A stretch of DNA of 64,000 nucleotides, from positions 1-64,000 of the forward strand of contig CBDDBZ010000004.1 of the NCBI GenBank assembly GCA_965225945.1, read 5' to 3'. The notes under the pieces were generated by a model. The model did not search any database. It saw only the letters and a list, made by a program, of their open reading frames with translations, and was not told the DNA's origin. This document shows, one piece after another, positions 55,801 through 64,000 of this stretch. The position numbers and the translations under genes were made by a program. The DNA is from Alphaproteobacteria bacterium (GTDB lineage: Bacteria > Pseudomonadota > Alphaproteobacteria > GCA-2731375). The number at the start of each line of letters is the position of its first letter. The first letter of the stretch is position 1.

Positions 55801-56023
55801 CCAGCTCAACATCGACATTATCGGCCGCGAGGTGAGCCAGGGCGCGCCGTCCACGCAATGGTGGGTACAGCTCTCGACCGCGGTGGTTTTCGGTCTCGGC
55901 TTCGCGACCTTGTTGACCCTTGTGGTCACGCCCTGTCTGCTGAGACTGGAGACATGGCGCCCGGCCTTCCGGCACCTTCGGCGCAAGACTGGCGCCCAGG
56001 TCGTGCCACAGCCGGCCGAATAG
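52871..56023 (+). CDS. RND efflux permease (AcrB/D/F family)
   Basis: 1050 aa; AIPTS, GMLVDGAIVVTE, GIVVNNNIVLID, RLRPVVLT. Confidence 0.95.
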   Translation: MNAIIDAAIRRSRTVLSVMALIIGAGLVSYLTIPKESSPDIPIPILYVLMGHEGISPEDAERLLARPMEQALRGIEGVREMRTTASEGRASVLLEFDAGFDANQALLEVREKVDETKPELPEDSDEPTVHEVNIGLFPVLVVTLAGELPERALFAIARDLEEELEALPGVLEADIAGDREELLEIVIDPGRLQSYGISEIELFEAVARNNRLVAAGALDTGRGNFAVKVPGLFDEASDILGLPIRASGDGLVRLEDVTRVHRTFKDATGHARVDGRRAVTIEIKKRIGENVIETIEAVRATVAEAAKSWPEGVEVAFIQDASKQIRNILFDLQNSVLIAILLVMIVVVAALGFRTATLVGLAIPTSFLFGMLVLDGSGLTVNIVVLFAMILAVGMLVDGAIVVTEYADRKMAEGEPRDRAYAAAAKRMAWPITASTATTLAAFMPLLFWPDVVGEFMKFLPITLIATLAGSLVTALIFVPTLGAKIGRPGTLDPKAMRALAQAETGDVLRLPGLTGVYTRALAVLIRHPLKIVVVALALLVGVQGYYWTHGNGIEFFPRVEPEQALIYVHARGNLSTAEKDALVREVEDRALRSDGIATVYARSGQRLEGDDVADDVIGIIFLEFADWRARRASSEILREIRARTTELAGILVETREPKAGPPTGKDIQIELRARQPERLAPVVRRVRAFMETLPGLIDIEDSRPLEGIEWVIEVDRGRAARFGVDMGMVGNVIKLVTNGIKVGDYRPDDADDEIDIRVRFPLDERHFDQIDRLRIATDAGQVPIGNFVTRRAKRATGTLRRIDGRRAITVKANVEEGILADDKVEEIRAWLAGEALDPAVGIRFKGAEDKQKKAQAFLIKAFAVAIFIMAIILVTQFNSFYRAFLILSAVILSTVGVLLGLLITGQTFGIVMTGIGIISLAGIVVNNNIVLIDTYARLRAAGMEATEAILRTGAQRLRPVVLTTVTTITGLLPMVFQLNIDIIGREVSQGAPSTQWWVQLSTAVVFGLGFATLLTLVVTPCLLRLETWRPAFRHLRRKTGAQVVPQPAE

Positions 56024-56059
56024 CGCCGGGCCCGTCCGCGCGGGCACGCCGAACCCGCG

Positions 56060-56845
56060 CTATTCCACCGTCTCCTCGGAGCTAGCCGCTTCCCGCCGGT
56101 GCAGGCGGCGCTGATAGTGGAAGCTGTAGGGAATGCTGGCGAAGTAGACGACACCGACCAGGGTGTAGGCGACCCAAGGGTAGGTCACGGTGACGGCCGC
56201 CGTCAGGCAGACGACGACCAGGGTCGGCAAGACATACTCCCGCCCGATCCTGAGCCGCTTGAAGGAAAAGGTCGGGATCCGGCTGATCATCAGATAGGCG
56301 ATCAACACCAGCCAAGCGGCCGTCAGGATCGGCTGGCGAAACACCACGTCGCCGAACAGGAAACTGGCTACCACCGGCATCAGCGCGAAGCCGCCGGCGG
56401 CCGGCGCCGCGACGCCGGCGAAGAAATCCTTGCTCCAGTTCGGCTCCTCCACGTCCGTGTCCAGCGCCGTGTTGAAGCGTGCGAGACGTAGCGCGCAACA
56501 GGTGGCGAAGCCGAGCGCGACCACCCAGCCGATGCCCCCCAGCAGGTGGATAGCCCAGAGATAGACGATGAAGGCCGGCGCCACCCCGAAGGCAATGAAG
56601 TCGGCGAGGGAGTCGAGCTCGGCGCCGAATTTGGTGGCACCCTTGAGCAAACGGGCCAAGCGGCCGTCGAGACCATCGAGCACGACGGCGGCGACGATCG
56701 CCAGCACCGCGGCTTCCCACCGCTCCTGCAGCGCAAAACGGATGCCCGTCATCCCGGCCGACAGCGCCAGCACCGTCAGTATGTTCGGCACCAGGCTGTT
56801 GAACGGCAGCGGCCGCACGCGCCGTCGCTCGCGCCGTTTGAGCAT
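56060..56845 (-). CDS. pssA: CDP-diacylglycerol--serine O-phosphatidyltransferase
   Basis: PNILT, DGLDGRLARLL...FGAELDSLAD, LRLARFN; TGATG-coupled to psd. Confidence 0.92.
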   Translation of the reverse strand: MLKRRERRRVRPLPFNSLVPNILTVLALSAGMTGIRFALQERWEAAVLAIVAAVVLDGLDGRLARLLKGATKFGAELDSLADFIAFGVAPAFIVYLWAIHLLGGIGWVVALGFATCCALRLARFNTALDTDVEEPNWSKDFFAGVAAPAAGGFALMPVVASFLFGDVVFRQPILTAAWLVLIAYLMISRIPTFSFKRLRIGREYVLPTLVVVCLTAAVTVTYPWVAYTLVGVVYFASIPYSFHYQRRLHRREAASSEETVE

Positions 56846-57537
56846 CAGCCCGCGTCCTCCCGCCGTTCCGCGCGAATGCCACCGGCGACGGCCAGTACGG
56901 TTTCCCCCGCGACGGCGCGCTGCCCGACCAGTACCTGCGGCACCAGGCCGTCGTCGAGATAGACGTCGACCCGGCTGCCGAAGCGGATCAGGCCGAAACG
57001 CTCCCCGGCCCTGACCCGCTGACCCTCGTAAAGGTTGCACACAATGCGCCGCGCCACCAGTCCCGCGATCTGCACGAAGGCGATGTCGTGGCCACCCTCG
57101 ATCGTCATCCGGACCGACTGGCGCTCGTTGTCCTCGCTCGCCTTGTCGAGGGAGGCATTGAAAAAGCGCCCCGGCCTGTAGGAAAGCGCGGTTATCTCGC
57201 CGTCGGCCGGAATGCGGTTCACGTGCACGTCGAAGACGTTCATGAAGACCGCGATCCGGGGCCGGGGATAGTCGCCCAGGCCGAGCTCCGGCGGCGGCGT
57301 GGCGGAGACGATGGACTGCACGACGCCGTCTGCGGGACTGGTGACTAGCCCCTCACGGGCCGGTGTCACGCGGGTGGGATCGCGAAAGAAATATATGCAC
57401 CAAATGGTGGCGATCACGGCGAGCACGCCGAGCGGCGTCCAGAGCCAGAGCAGGAAGGCCGCCACCGCCGCAAAGATCGCGACGAAGCGATAGCCCTCGG
57501 GATGGATCGGCGCGATCGCCGAGCGGATCGTCTCCAT
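56845..57537 (-). CDS. psd: Phosphatidylserine decarboxylase
   Basis: [36 protein letters not shown]. Confidence 0.95.
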   Translation of the reverse strand: METIRSAIAPIHPEGYRFVAIFAAVAAFLLWLWTPLGVLAVIATIWCIYFFRDPTRVTPAREGLVTSPADGVVQSIVSATPPPELGLGDYPRPRIAVFMNVFDVHVNRIPADGEITALSYRPGRFFNASLDKASEDNERQSVRMTIEGGHDIAFVQIAGLVARRIVCNLYEGQRVRAGERFGLIRFGSRVDVYLDDGLVPQVLVGQRAVAGETVLAVAGGIRAERREDAG

Positions 57538-57667
57538 GGATCAAAACCACGTCCCCTGTCGCCGGCGCGCCACCATAGAGCATTGTCCGAGGCGGCTGAA
57601 CCATCCGCTCCCGGTCACCGAGCCAGGATAGCGCCGCGGCTGGGCGATCGCGCGTCAGCGGATCACG

Positions 57668-59530
57668 TCAAGCCTCCGCCGTCGCCTCGGCCGGGCGATC
57701 GCCGGCGCCCTCGACCAAGCGCTCCCGCTGCTGGCGTGCCCACATCCGCGCATACACCCCGTCCCGGGCGAGCAACTCGCGATGGGTGCCGCGCTCCGCG
57801 ATTTCTCCCTCCACCAACACCAGGATCTCGTCCGCGTCGATCACGGTCGAGAGCCGGTGCGCGATCACCAGCGTCGTGCGATCGGTCGAGACCGCGTCGA
57901 GCGAGCGCTGAATTTCCTTCTCCGTGCGGGTGTCGAGCGCCGAGGTTGCCTCATCGAAGATCAGAATGCCGGGATCCTTGAGGATAGTACGGGCGATCGC
58001 CACCCGCTGCTTCTCGCCACCGGAAAGCTTGAGTCCGCGCTCGCCGACCTGGCTTGCATAGCCATCCGGCAAGCTGGCGATGAAGTCGTCGATCCGCGCC
58101 AGCTCGGCGGCGCGGCGCACTTCCTCCTCGCTCGCGTCCATGCGGCCGTAACGAATATTGTAGGCGATGGTTTCGTTGAACAGCACGGTGTCCTGCGGAA
58201 CGATGCCGATCCGGTCGCGGAGGCTCGCCTGCGTCACCGCGCGAATGTCCTGGCCGTCGATTCTGATGGCGCCGCTGGCGACGTCGTAGAAACGATAGAG
58301 CAGGCGCGAAATCGTCGATTTGCCGGCGCCTGACGGCCCGACGATGGCGACCGTCCGCCCCGCCGGAACCCGGAACGATACGTCGCGCAGAATTGGGCGA
58401 ATGCCGTCATAGGAGAAGTCGACCCGCTCGAAGACGATCTCGCCACCCTTCGCGCGGAGCGGCCGGGCGTCGGGTGCGTCCTCGATTTCCTTCTCGACCT
58501 CCAGCAATTGGAACATGTTCTCCATGTCAATTAGCGATTGCTTGATCTCGCGGTAGACGGTGCCGAGAAAGCCTAGCGGCTGGTAGAGCTGGATCAGGAA
58601 GGTGTTCACCAGGACGAAGTCGCCGAGCGTCATCCGCCCCTCGGCGACGCCGTCCGCCGCCATTGCCATGACCAGCATCAGGCCCACCGCAATAATGCCG
58701 CCCTGGCCGACGTTCAGCACCGCGAGGCTGGTCTGGCTCGCCACCGCCGCGCGCTGATAGCTGGCCAGACTGCCGTCGAAGCGCTCCGCCTCATGACGCT
58801 CGTTGCCGAAATACTTGACCGTCTCGAAATTGAGCAGACTGTCGATCGCCCGCGTGCTGGCCTCGGCGTCGGAACGGTTCATCTCGCGCCGGAGCTTGAT
58901 TCGCCACTCCGTGATCATGAAGGTGTAGCCGATGTAGCCGACCACCGAGACGAAGGTGACCAGCCCGAACCAGACGTCGTAGGCGACGACCAGGATCACG
59001 CTGACCATGACGATCTCGAACAGCGTCGGCAGCACGTTGAACAGGCTGAAGCGGAGCAGGAAGTCGATGCCCTTGGTGCCCCGCTCGATCGCCCGAGACA
59101 GCCCGCCGGTCCGCCGCGCCAGATGAAAGCGCAGTGCCAGCGCATGGAGATGGCGAAAGGTCTGAAGCGCCACCGAGCGCACCGCCTGCTGGCCTACCTT
59201 GGCGAAGACCGCATCGCGCACCTCGGCGAAGGCCTGGGAAAACAACCGCGCCAGGCCATAGGCGATGATTATGGCGATCGGGATCAGGATCGGCGCGCCC
59301 GCCGGCACGTCCAGTGCATCGACCGCGCCCTTGTAAAGAAACGGCACGTAGACGGTGACGACCTTGGCCGCCAACAGGAATATCAGCGCCACCACCACCC
59401 GCCACTTGAGGTCGAAGCGGCCCTCCGGCCACAGGTAGCGCGCGAGCGTCGCCAAGGTCGCGAGCTGCCGTCCGCCGTACTCGCCATCGGGCGGGAGTTG
59501 GGCGGGCGGGAGTTGGGTCCGCCGATTCAT
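57668..59530 (-). CDS. Atm1-type ABCB transporter (permease + ATPase)
   Basis: RAIERGTKGI, DSLLNFETVKYF, GPSGAGKS, LSGGEKQR, DEATSALD. Confidence 0.95.
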   Translation of the reverse strand: MNRRTQLPPAQLPPDGEYGGRQLATLATLARYLWPEGRFDLKWRVVVALIFLLAAKVVTVYVPFLYKGAVDALDVPAGAPILIPIAIIIAYGLARLFSQAFAEVRDAVFAKVGQQAVRSVALQTFRHLHALALRFHLARRTGGLSRAIERGTKGIDFLLRFSLFNVLPTLFEIVMVSVILVVAYDVWFGLVTFVSVVGYIGYTFMITEWRIKLRREMNRSDAEASTRAIDSLLNFETVKYFGNERHEAERFDGSLASYQRAAVASQTSLAVLNVGQGGIIAVGLMLVMAMAADGVAEGRMTLGDFVLVNTFLIQLYQPLGFLGTVYREIKQSLIDMENMFQLLEVEKEIEDAPDARPLRAKGGEIVFERVDFSYDGIRPILRDVSFRVPAGRTVAIVGPSGAGKSTISRLLYRFYDVASGAIRIDGQDIRAVTQASLRDRIGIVPQDTVLFNETIAYNIRYGRMDASEEEVRRAAELARIDDFIASLPDGYASQVGERGLKLSGGEKQRVAIARTILKDPGILIFDEATSALDTRTEKEIQRSLDAVSTDRTTLVIAHRLSTVIDADEILVLVEGEIAERGTHRELLARDGVYARMWARQQRERLVEGAGDRPAEATAEA

Positions 59531-59584
59531 CGCGTGTTCTCCACTCCGAGACCCCGCGTCGCCGAGCCCGCTCGGCCATCATGC

Positions 59585-59599
59585 TTAACGCATATTTAA
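59585..59599. promoter_or_regulatory. CtrA-type binding site TTAA-N7-TTAA
   Basis: ttaa-cgcatat-ttaa in the divergent intergenic region of a GC-rich genome; extra ttaac half-site at ~59615. Confidence 0.6.
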
Positions 59600-59659
59600 A
59601 CCGGGGCATGGCAATTAACAGGGGTAGCGATTACACGCGAGGAAGCCGTGGCCATTTCG

Positions 59660-60097
59660 ATGCTGCGCGAGCCAGCACCATCCATTGCCGGCGGCAATGG
59701 CACCCCAATCGCGCTCGACGCGGCACTGAAGCGTGCCAAAAGCGTGCTCGAGCACGAGGAATTCGTGCTCCCCGCGCGTTTCGCCTATCGTTGGCGGGGC
59801 TTCGACATCGCGGGCGAGGTCGCGCGGCACGGCGACGACGTCGTTCTCAGGCAGGCGATCAAGCTCTGCGTGCTGCCCTACAGCGCCGAGGACGCCCACG
59901 GTCGCGCCCGGATCGCCGCCTTGCTCCATGTGGCGTCGTGGCACGAGAGCGGGCGCTTCTCGCTGACCAGCGGACAACACGTCGCCTTCGTCGTCGAGAC
60001 CCGAGTCGAACAGCCCCTGACCGGCCCGGCTCTGACCGTCGCCTGCGTCCGGGGCTTGCTCGTGGCGATGCCTTATCTGCGATTGATCCGCCATTGA
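59660..60097 (+). CDS. Hypothetical protein
   Basis: Fills the gap between atm1 and lysM; F.Y.WRG.. and LPYSAED...R motif. Confidence 0.6.
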   Translation: MLREPAPSIAGGNGTPIALDAALKRAKSVLEHEEFVLPARFAYRWRGFDIAGEVARHGDDVVLRQAIKLCVLPYSAEDAHGRARIAALLHVASWHESGRFSLTSGQHVAFVVETRVEQPLTGPALTVACVRGLLVAMPYLRLIRH

Positions 60098-60137
60098 CCG
60101 GCCGTCTCCGCTCAGGCTGATTTCGGGCGCGACGCGT

Positions 60138-61283
60138 TCAGCGCGCGGCCAGGGCCGGCAAGGAGAAGATCTGCCCGGGGTAGATCAGGTCGGGATCGCG
60201 GATCTGGCCGGCGTTGGCGTGGTAGATCGTGGTGTAGAGCATGCCATCGCCGTATGTCCGGCGCGCGATTCGCCAGAGATTGTTGCCGGGCTGCACGACG
60301 ATTCGCCGGTCCTCGCCGAGCCCCGCGGCCGCCGCCGGCCCGGCGCGAACGAAAGGGACTTCTATCCGCGCTGCCACGACACCGGCGGAATCGATTTGGT
60401 CGACCCGAAGCGAATAGCTCCCTGGCCTCACCGCTCGCTCGGGCGCCAGCCGCCAGGAGTTGCCCTGTTCGGCACGCGCGACGCCGATCAGCCGGTCGTT
60501 CAAATAGGCGCGAACCGCGGTTCCCGAAGGCGCCGAGCCGGATAGGGTGACGTCCCCCTCCTCTCCATAGTCGACGGCGTCGAGCGAGAGGCCGACACCG
60601 CCGCCTTGCCCCGCCTCCGCCCGGGTCAGCACCAGGCTCGCCTCTCCCGAACGCGCCGCCAGCCGGACCGCGACAGCCGCGCGCGCCTTCGCCCGTACCC
60701 GCGCGGCTTCCTCGGCCTTCCGGCTCTCGGGCACGATAACCAACAGCGGCGCCGGACCGCGAACGGTGTCGCCGGTCGGCAAGGCCGCCTCCAACGTCAG
60801 CTCGTGGACTCCGGGCGCAAGCGGAGCGTCCAGGACCACGGCCCATTCGCCGCCGCGCGACGCCACCCGCGCCAGCGGCTCGGCGCCATCGAGCACGGTG
60901 ATCCGCGCACCCTCCGGCGCCCGCCCGGCGAGCACGGTCGTTCCTTCCCGCGATACCCGCACGATGTCGAATTTGGGCGGTTCCGGAATGCCGGCACGCG
61001 CGTCGCCCGACGATGGCGTCGGCGCACCACCCGCCGCCGGCGCAATGTCGGCGAGGGCCGCCGCCTCCGCGTCGTCGCTCGTGGTCCCCCAATTCCCGCC
61101 GGAGCGTTCCAAGCCGCTCGCGGGCGCATTGGTCGCGGCTTCGGGCGTCAGTGTCGGCAGCCGATAATTCGGCTCGCCGCTCCAGCCGAAATGAATGCCG
61201 ACCGCGCCGGCACCCGCCAGAAGCACGACGTATCCCGCCCAGGCGAGACGTCGCTTCGTCGTCGTTCCAGCTTCCCTCACCAT
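60138..61283 (-). CDS. LysM peptidoglycan-binding protein with Ig-like domains
   Basis: N-terminal TM, P.FDIVRV, C-terminal VVQPGNNLWRIARRTYG.G..YT.IY.AN..QIRDPDLIYPGQ. Confidence 0.93.
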   Translation of the reverse strand: MVREAGTTTKRRLAWAGYVVLLAGAGAVGIHFGWSGEPNYRLPTLTPEAATNAPASGLERSGGNWGTTSDDAEAAALADIAPAAGGAPTPSSGDARAGIPEPPKFDIVRVSREGTTVLAGRAPEGARITVLDGAEPLARVASRGGEWAVVLDAPLAPGVHELTLEAALPTGDTVRGPAPLLVIVPESRKAEEAARVRAKARAAVAVRLAARSGEASLVLTRAEAGQGGGVGLSLDAVDYGEEGDVTLSGSAPSGTAVRAYLNDRLIGVARAEQGNSWRLAPERAVRPGSYSLRVDQIDSAGVVAARIEVPFVRAGPAAAAGLGEDRRIVVQPGNNLWRIARRTYGDGMLYTTIYHANAGQIRDPDLIYPGQIFSLPALAAR

Positions 61284-61390
61284 ACCCTCTCGCTATATCA
61301 GTGGCTTCGGCGCATCGGATGCCCAAACTTTATCCCATGTCCTCGAGCCGAGGCGAATCGGAAACCTTCGCCGTGCCGGGGAGTGGGGCG

Positions 61391-62308
61391 TCATGGGCGC
61401 GATTCGACCTTGTTGTGCACGGGCTTCAGCGATTTTACATAAGCCGCGATCGCCTTCCGGTCCGGCTCGGTCAGATGGCCGAACCCGTCCTCGATCGCCT
61501 CCTCCATCAGGCCCTGCACGATGTCGAAGTCGGGCTTGACGGCGTCCTTCAGCAGCGAGGCGATCTCGTCGGCCGTCCAGTCGGCGATGCCGGTCTCGGA
61601 ATCCGGCGTGATGTTGGCCACGATCTCGCCCTCCGGCCCGTCCTCGGTGCCGGCCATCCACATCTCGCGCTTCAGCGCGCCAGCGAAATTGCGCGGCGTA
61701 TGGCATTCGCCGCAATGCGCCAGCGCCTCCACCAGATAGGCACCGCGGGCAACCGCCGCGTCGGTCCCCTCGGCCGTCGGCCATCGGCCTTCCTCGAAAT
61801 ACATCAGCTTCCAGAAATACATCGGCCAGCGCCAGCCGAAGGGCGCCGAAACGGCGTGCGGCTTGTTCCCTCGCGCGACCGGTCTCAGGGAAAAGAGATA
61901 GGCCTTGATGGCGAGCGCGTCGGCTCGGCGCATCCGGGTGTAGGTGGTGTAGGGAAAGACCGGAAAATAGTGCTGCCCGTCCGGGGCGATGCCACGCTGG
62001 AGCGCGTTCAGGAAATCTTCGTCACTCCAGCGGCCGATCCCGGTCTCGGGGTCGGGGGTGATGTTGGGGCTGTAGTAAGTACCAAAGGGCGTGGCGAGCC
62101 CGCGCCCACCGGCCAGCGGGGGGCCCTTCCCCTTCTTGTCGGTATGGCAACTGATGCAGCCGGCGGCCCGCACCAGATAGGCGCCGCGCTCGACCTCGGT
62201 TTTCTCGGCCGCGCGCGGCGACGGCACGGCGAAAACCCATGTGCCTAGGACGACGAGCGCGCCGGCGAGGCTCCACCGGTGCGCCGTCGTCTCCAAGCCA
62301 CGCCTCAT
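61391..62308 (-). CDS. Diheme cytochrome c
   Basis: CISCH and CGECH, TPFG.YYSPNITPD.ETGIG.W. Confidence 0.93.
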   Translation of the reverse strand: MRRGLETTAHRWSLAGALVVLGTWVFAVPSPRAAEKTEVERGAYLVRAAGCISCHTDKKGKGPPLAGGRGLATPFGTYYSPNITPDPETGIGRWSDEDFLNALQRGIAPDGQHYFPVFPYTTYTRMRRADALAIKAYLFSLRPVARGNKPHAVSAPFGWRWPMYFWKLMYFEEGRWPTAEGTDAAVARGAYLVEALAHCGECHTPRNFAGALKREMWMAGTEDGPEGEIVANITPDSETGIADWTADEIASLLKDAVKPDFDIVQGLMEEAIEDGFGHLTEPDRKAIAAYVKSLKPVHNKVESRP

Positions 62309-62335
62309 CGCGAGGCGAGTGGCCGCGCACTCCCG

Positions 62336-62782
62336 CTATTTCTTCTTGGGCGCGCGAAACGGCTTGTGGCAGCCGCCGCAGGCCTTGCCGACCATTTTGA
62401 CCGCGGCGCCGATCTTCTCTTTGTCGCCGGTCTTCACGGCGACCAGCAGGCCCGGCGTCGCCTTCTCCAGCGCGTCCGCCCCCTTCACGAAGGCGGCCCA
62501 ATCGCTCCAGATCTCGGGCTTCGTGCGTTTGCCCTTGGAACCCGGCGGAAACAGGATTTCGATGTTTTTGGTGAGTTGCACCAGCGCCTCGGCATTGCCG
62601 ACCAGGGCCATCGAATAGTCGGCCTTGCCCTTGGCCACCGCGACGATGGGCTTAAAATTGGCCCATTGCGCCTTCATCGTCGCCACCCGGTTCTCGACGA
62701 CGGTACCGGCCGAGACCGTGACGGCGAAGGTGCCGGCCGCCAGCGCGGCGATCGCCAGAGTACGTACGAACTTGTCAATCAT
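62336..62782 (-). CDS. Cytochrome c' / c556 (class II)
   Basis: Signal peptide, R...MK, FP.GS, PEIWSDW..F, C-terminal CGGCH. Confidence 0.92.
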   Translation of the reverse strand: MIDKFVRTLAIAALAAGTFAVTVSAGTVVENRVATMKAQWANFKPIVAVAKGKADYSMALVGNAEALVQLTKNIEILFPPGSKGKRTKPEIWSDWAAFVKGADALEKATPGLLVAVKTGDKEKIGAAVKMVGKACGGCHKPFRAPKKK

Positions 62783-62850
62783 CAGGAAGCCTCCCCTATC
62801 GGACATGTACATTAGGCGCCGGACCGACAGCCAACCATTCGAAGGCCGAT

Positions 62851-63228
62851 CTAGCGCGGCAACTGTAGCACCATTTCGGCGCCACCATAGCCATCCACGA
62901 AATCGTGAGCAAGCAACGTCACTTTCGAAATCTCGGCCGGCACGCGAACGCCCGAGAGCGAACGGGTGAACGGCTGCTCCCGGACGTGGGGATGCAACAA
63001 TTCGCGGGTCCCGAGCACCGTGCCGTCCGGTGCCAGCACGTCCCATTTGTTCGCATAATACTCCCAGCCCGTGTCCGCATGGCTCACGGTCACGTCGAAA
63101 CGATAGACGCCGGGCGCCGCTTCCTTCACCTTCACGTCGACCACGTCCGCCTCGCCGGCGATGGCGATCGCGGTCGGCGCCAGCGCGAAGACCAGCGCCG
63201 CGAAGAGAAGTCGGGAAACCAGCGCCAT
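62851..63228 (-). CDS. Conserved exported hypothetical protein
   Basis: Signal peptide, FDVTVSHADTGWEYYANKW.V...G.R.L.HPHV.EQPFTRSL. Confidence 0.8.
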   Translation of the reverse strand: MALVSRLLFAALVFALAPTAIAIAGEADVVDVKVKEAAPGVYRFDVTVSHADTGWEYYANKWDVLAPDGTVLGTRELLHPHVREQPFTRSLSGVRVPAEISKVTLLAHDFVDGYGGAEMVLQLPR

Positions 63229-63811
63229 GGCAGATATCACCTCCGTCGCCGTTTATTGTGGGGCTCGCCTCGGCGAGGGGCAAGGCTTTCGCTTGCTCGG
63301 CGAGGCCTTCGGGGCGGGGCTCGCAGCGCGCGGCATCCGCCTGGTCTATGGCGGCGGCCGGATCGGCATGATGGGCGTGATCGCGGATGCCACGCTCGCC
63401 GGCGGCGGCGAGGTCGTGGGCGTGATCCCGGAGCACTTGAACGATCGCGAAATTGCCCACGAGGGTGCCACGGAGTTGATCGTGGTCGAGTCCATGCACG
63501 CGCGAAAGCACCGCATGTTCACCCTGTCCGACGCCTTCGTCGCCCTACCGGGCGGCCTCGGCACCCTCGACGAGACGATCGAGATTCTGACTTGGCGACA
63601 GCTCGGGCTGCACGACAAGCCTCTGTTCCTGCTGAACCACGAGGACTACTGGCGCCCCTTCATCGGGCTACTGGAGCACGTGATCCGGATGGGCTTCGCG
63701 GATGGCGCTATCCGCCGCCTGATCACCGTCGCGGACGACATGGACACTCTCTTCCAAGGCTTCGCGGCGGGCGCCCATCCGAGCGTGCCATCGCGACCCG
63801 ACCGGATCTGA
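63227..63811 (+). CDS. LOG-family nucleotide phosphoribohydrolase (TIGR00730)
   Basis: VYCGA, LVYGGG..GMMG, MHARK, PGGLGTLDE. Confidence 0.94.
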   Translation: MADITSVAVYCGARLGEGQGFRLLGEAFGAGLAARGIRLVYGGGRIGMMGVIADATLAGGGEVVGVIPEHLNDREIAHEGATELIVVESMHARKHRMFTLSDAFVALPGGLGTLDETIEILTWRQLGLHDKPLFLLNHEDYWRPFIGLLEHVIRMGFADGAIRRLITVADDMDTLFQGFAAGAHPSVPSRPDRI

Positions 63812-63931
63812 GAGTCCGACTCGACAGTCCCCGACGCCGGCCCTTTGCAGCCGGGGCCGGGTGATATATGTTGCGCCGCCCGGCGGCGCCGGCACGCGCA
63901 CCGCTGCTTCCCTACCCATCAGAGAGACGAA

Positions 63932-64000
63932 ATGAGCAAGATCAAGGTCGCGACCCCTGTCGTCGAGCTCGACGGCGACGAGATGACTCGGATCATCTGG
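63932..64000 (+). CDS. icd: NADP-dependent isocitrate dehydrogenase, 5' end (runs off window)
   Basis: [23 protein letters not shown]. Confidence 0.92.
   Translation, partial: MSKIKVATPVVELDGDEMTRIIW

Noticed and set aside
52871-56023. RND permease with VDGA and VNNN in place of AcrB DD/K, and no outer-membrane factor
   Set aside because: Such variants and unlinked TolC-type channels are common in RND subfamilies.

Overview
High-GC window, most likely alphaproteobacterial (Rhodospirillales-like gene content). Bases ~12.6-64 kb are largely ordinary chromosome: metabolism, transport, mgtE-maeB-tRNA-Leu(GAG), gcdH, PadR-RND, psd-pssA, Atm1-type ABC, cytochromes c, LOG and the start of icd. Three IS insertions interrupt it: a partial IS4-family copy with a noisy flank duplication at 16.3-16.8 kb, an intact IS630 splitting a VOC gene, and a degenerate IS4-family element with a 10-bp TSD beside tRNA-Leu. 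The first ~12.5 kb is an accessory mosaic. It holds a single-chain type IIG/ISP-like restriction-modification gene with six 1-nt frameshifts and an isolated, decayed GTA/phage-like terS-terL-portal module. A ~110-bp non-coding promoter/terminator-like unit occurs three times, and two copies also carry the same 173-bp MITE with a 10-bp TSD. A second terS 5' end is fused in frame to an IS1595 DDE transposase with passenger genes. Y1 (RAYT-like) and IS110 remnants and a cytochrome P450 lacking the I-helix Thr are also present. The best candidate for something undescribed is the repeated terS-leader unit together with the TerS-IS1595 chimera. Decay, recombination or long-read consensus error could explain parts of it. 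All family assignments come from motif recognition by eye; no database searches were run.
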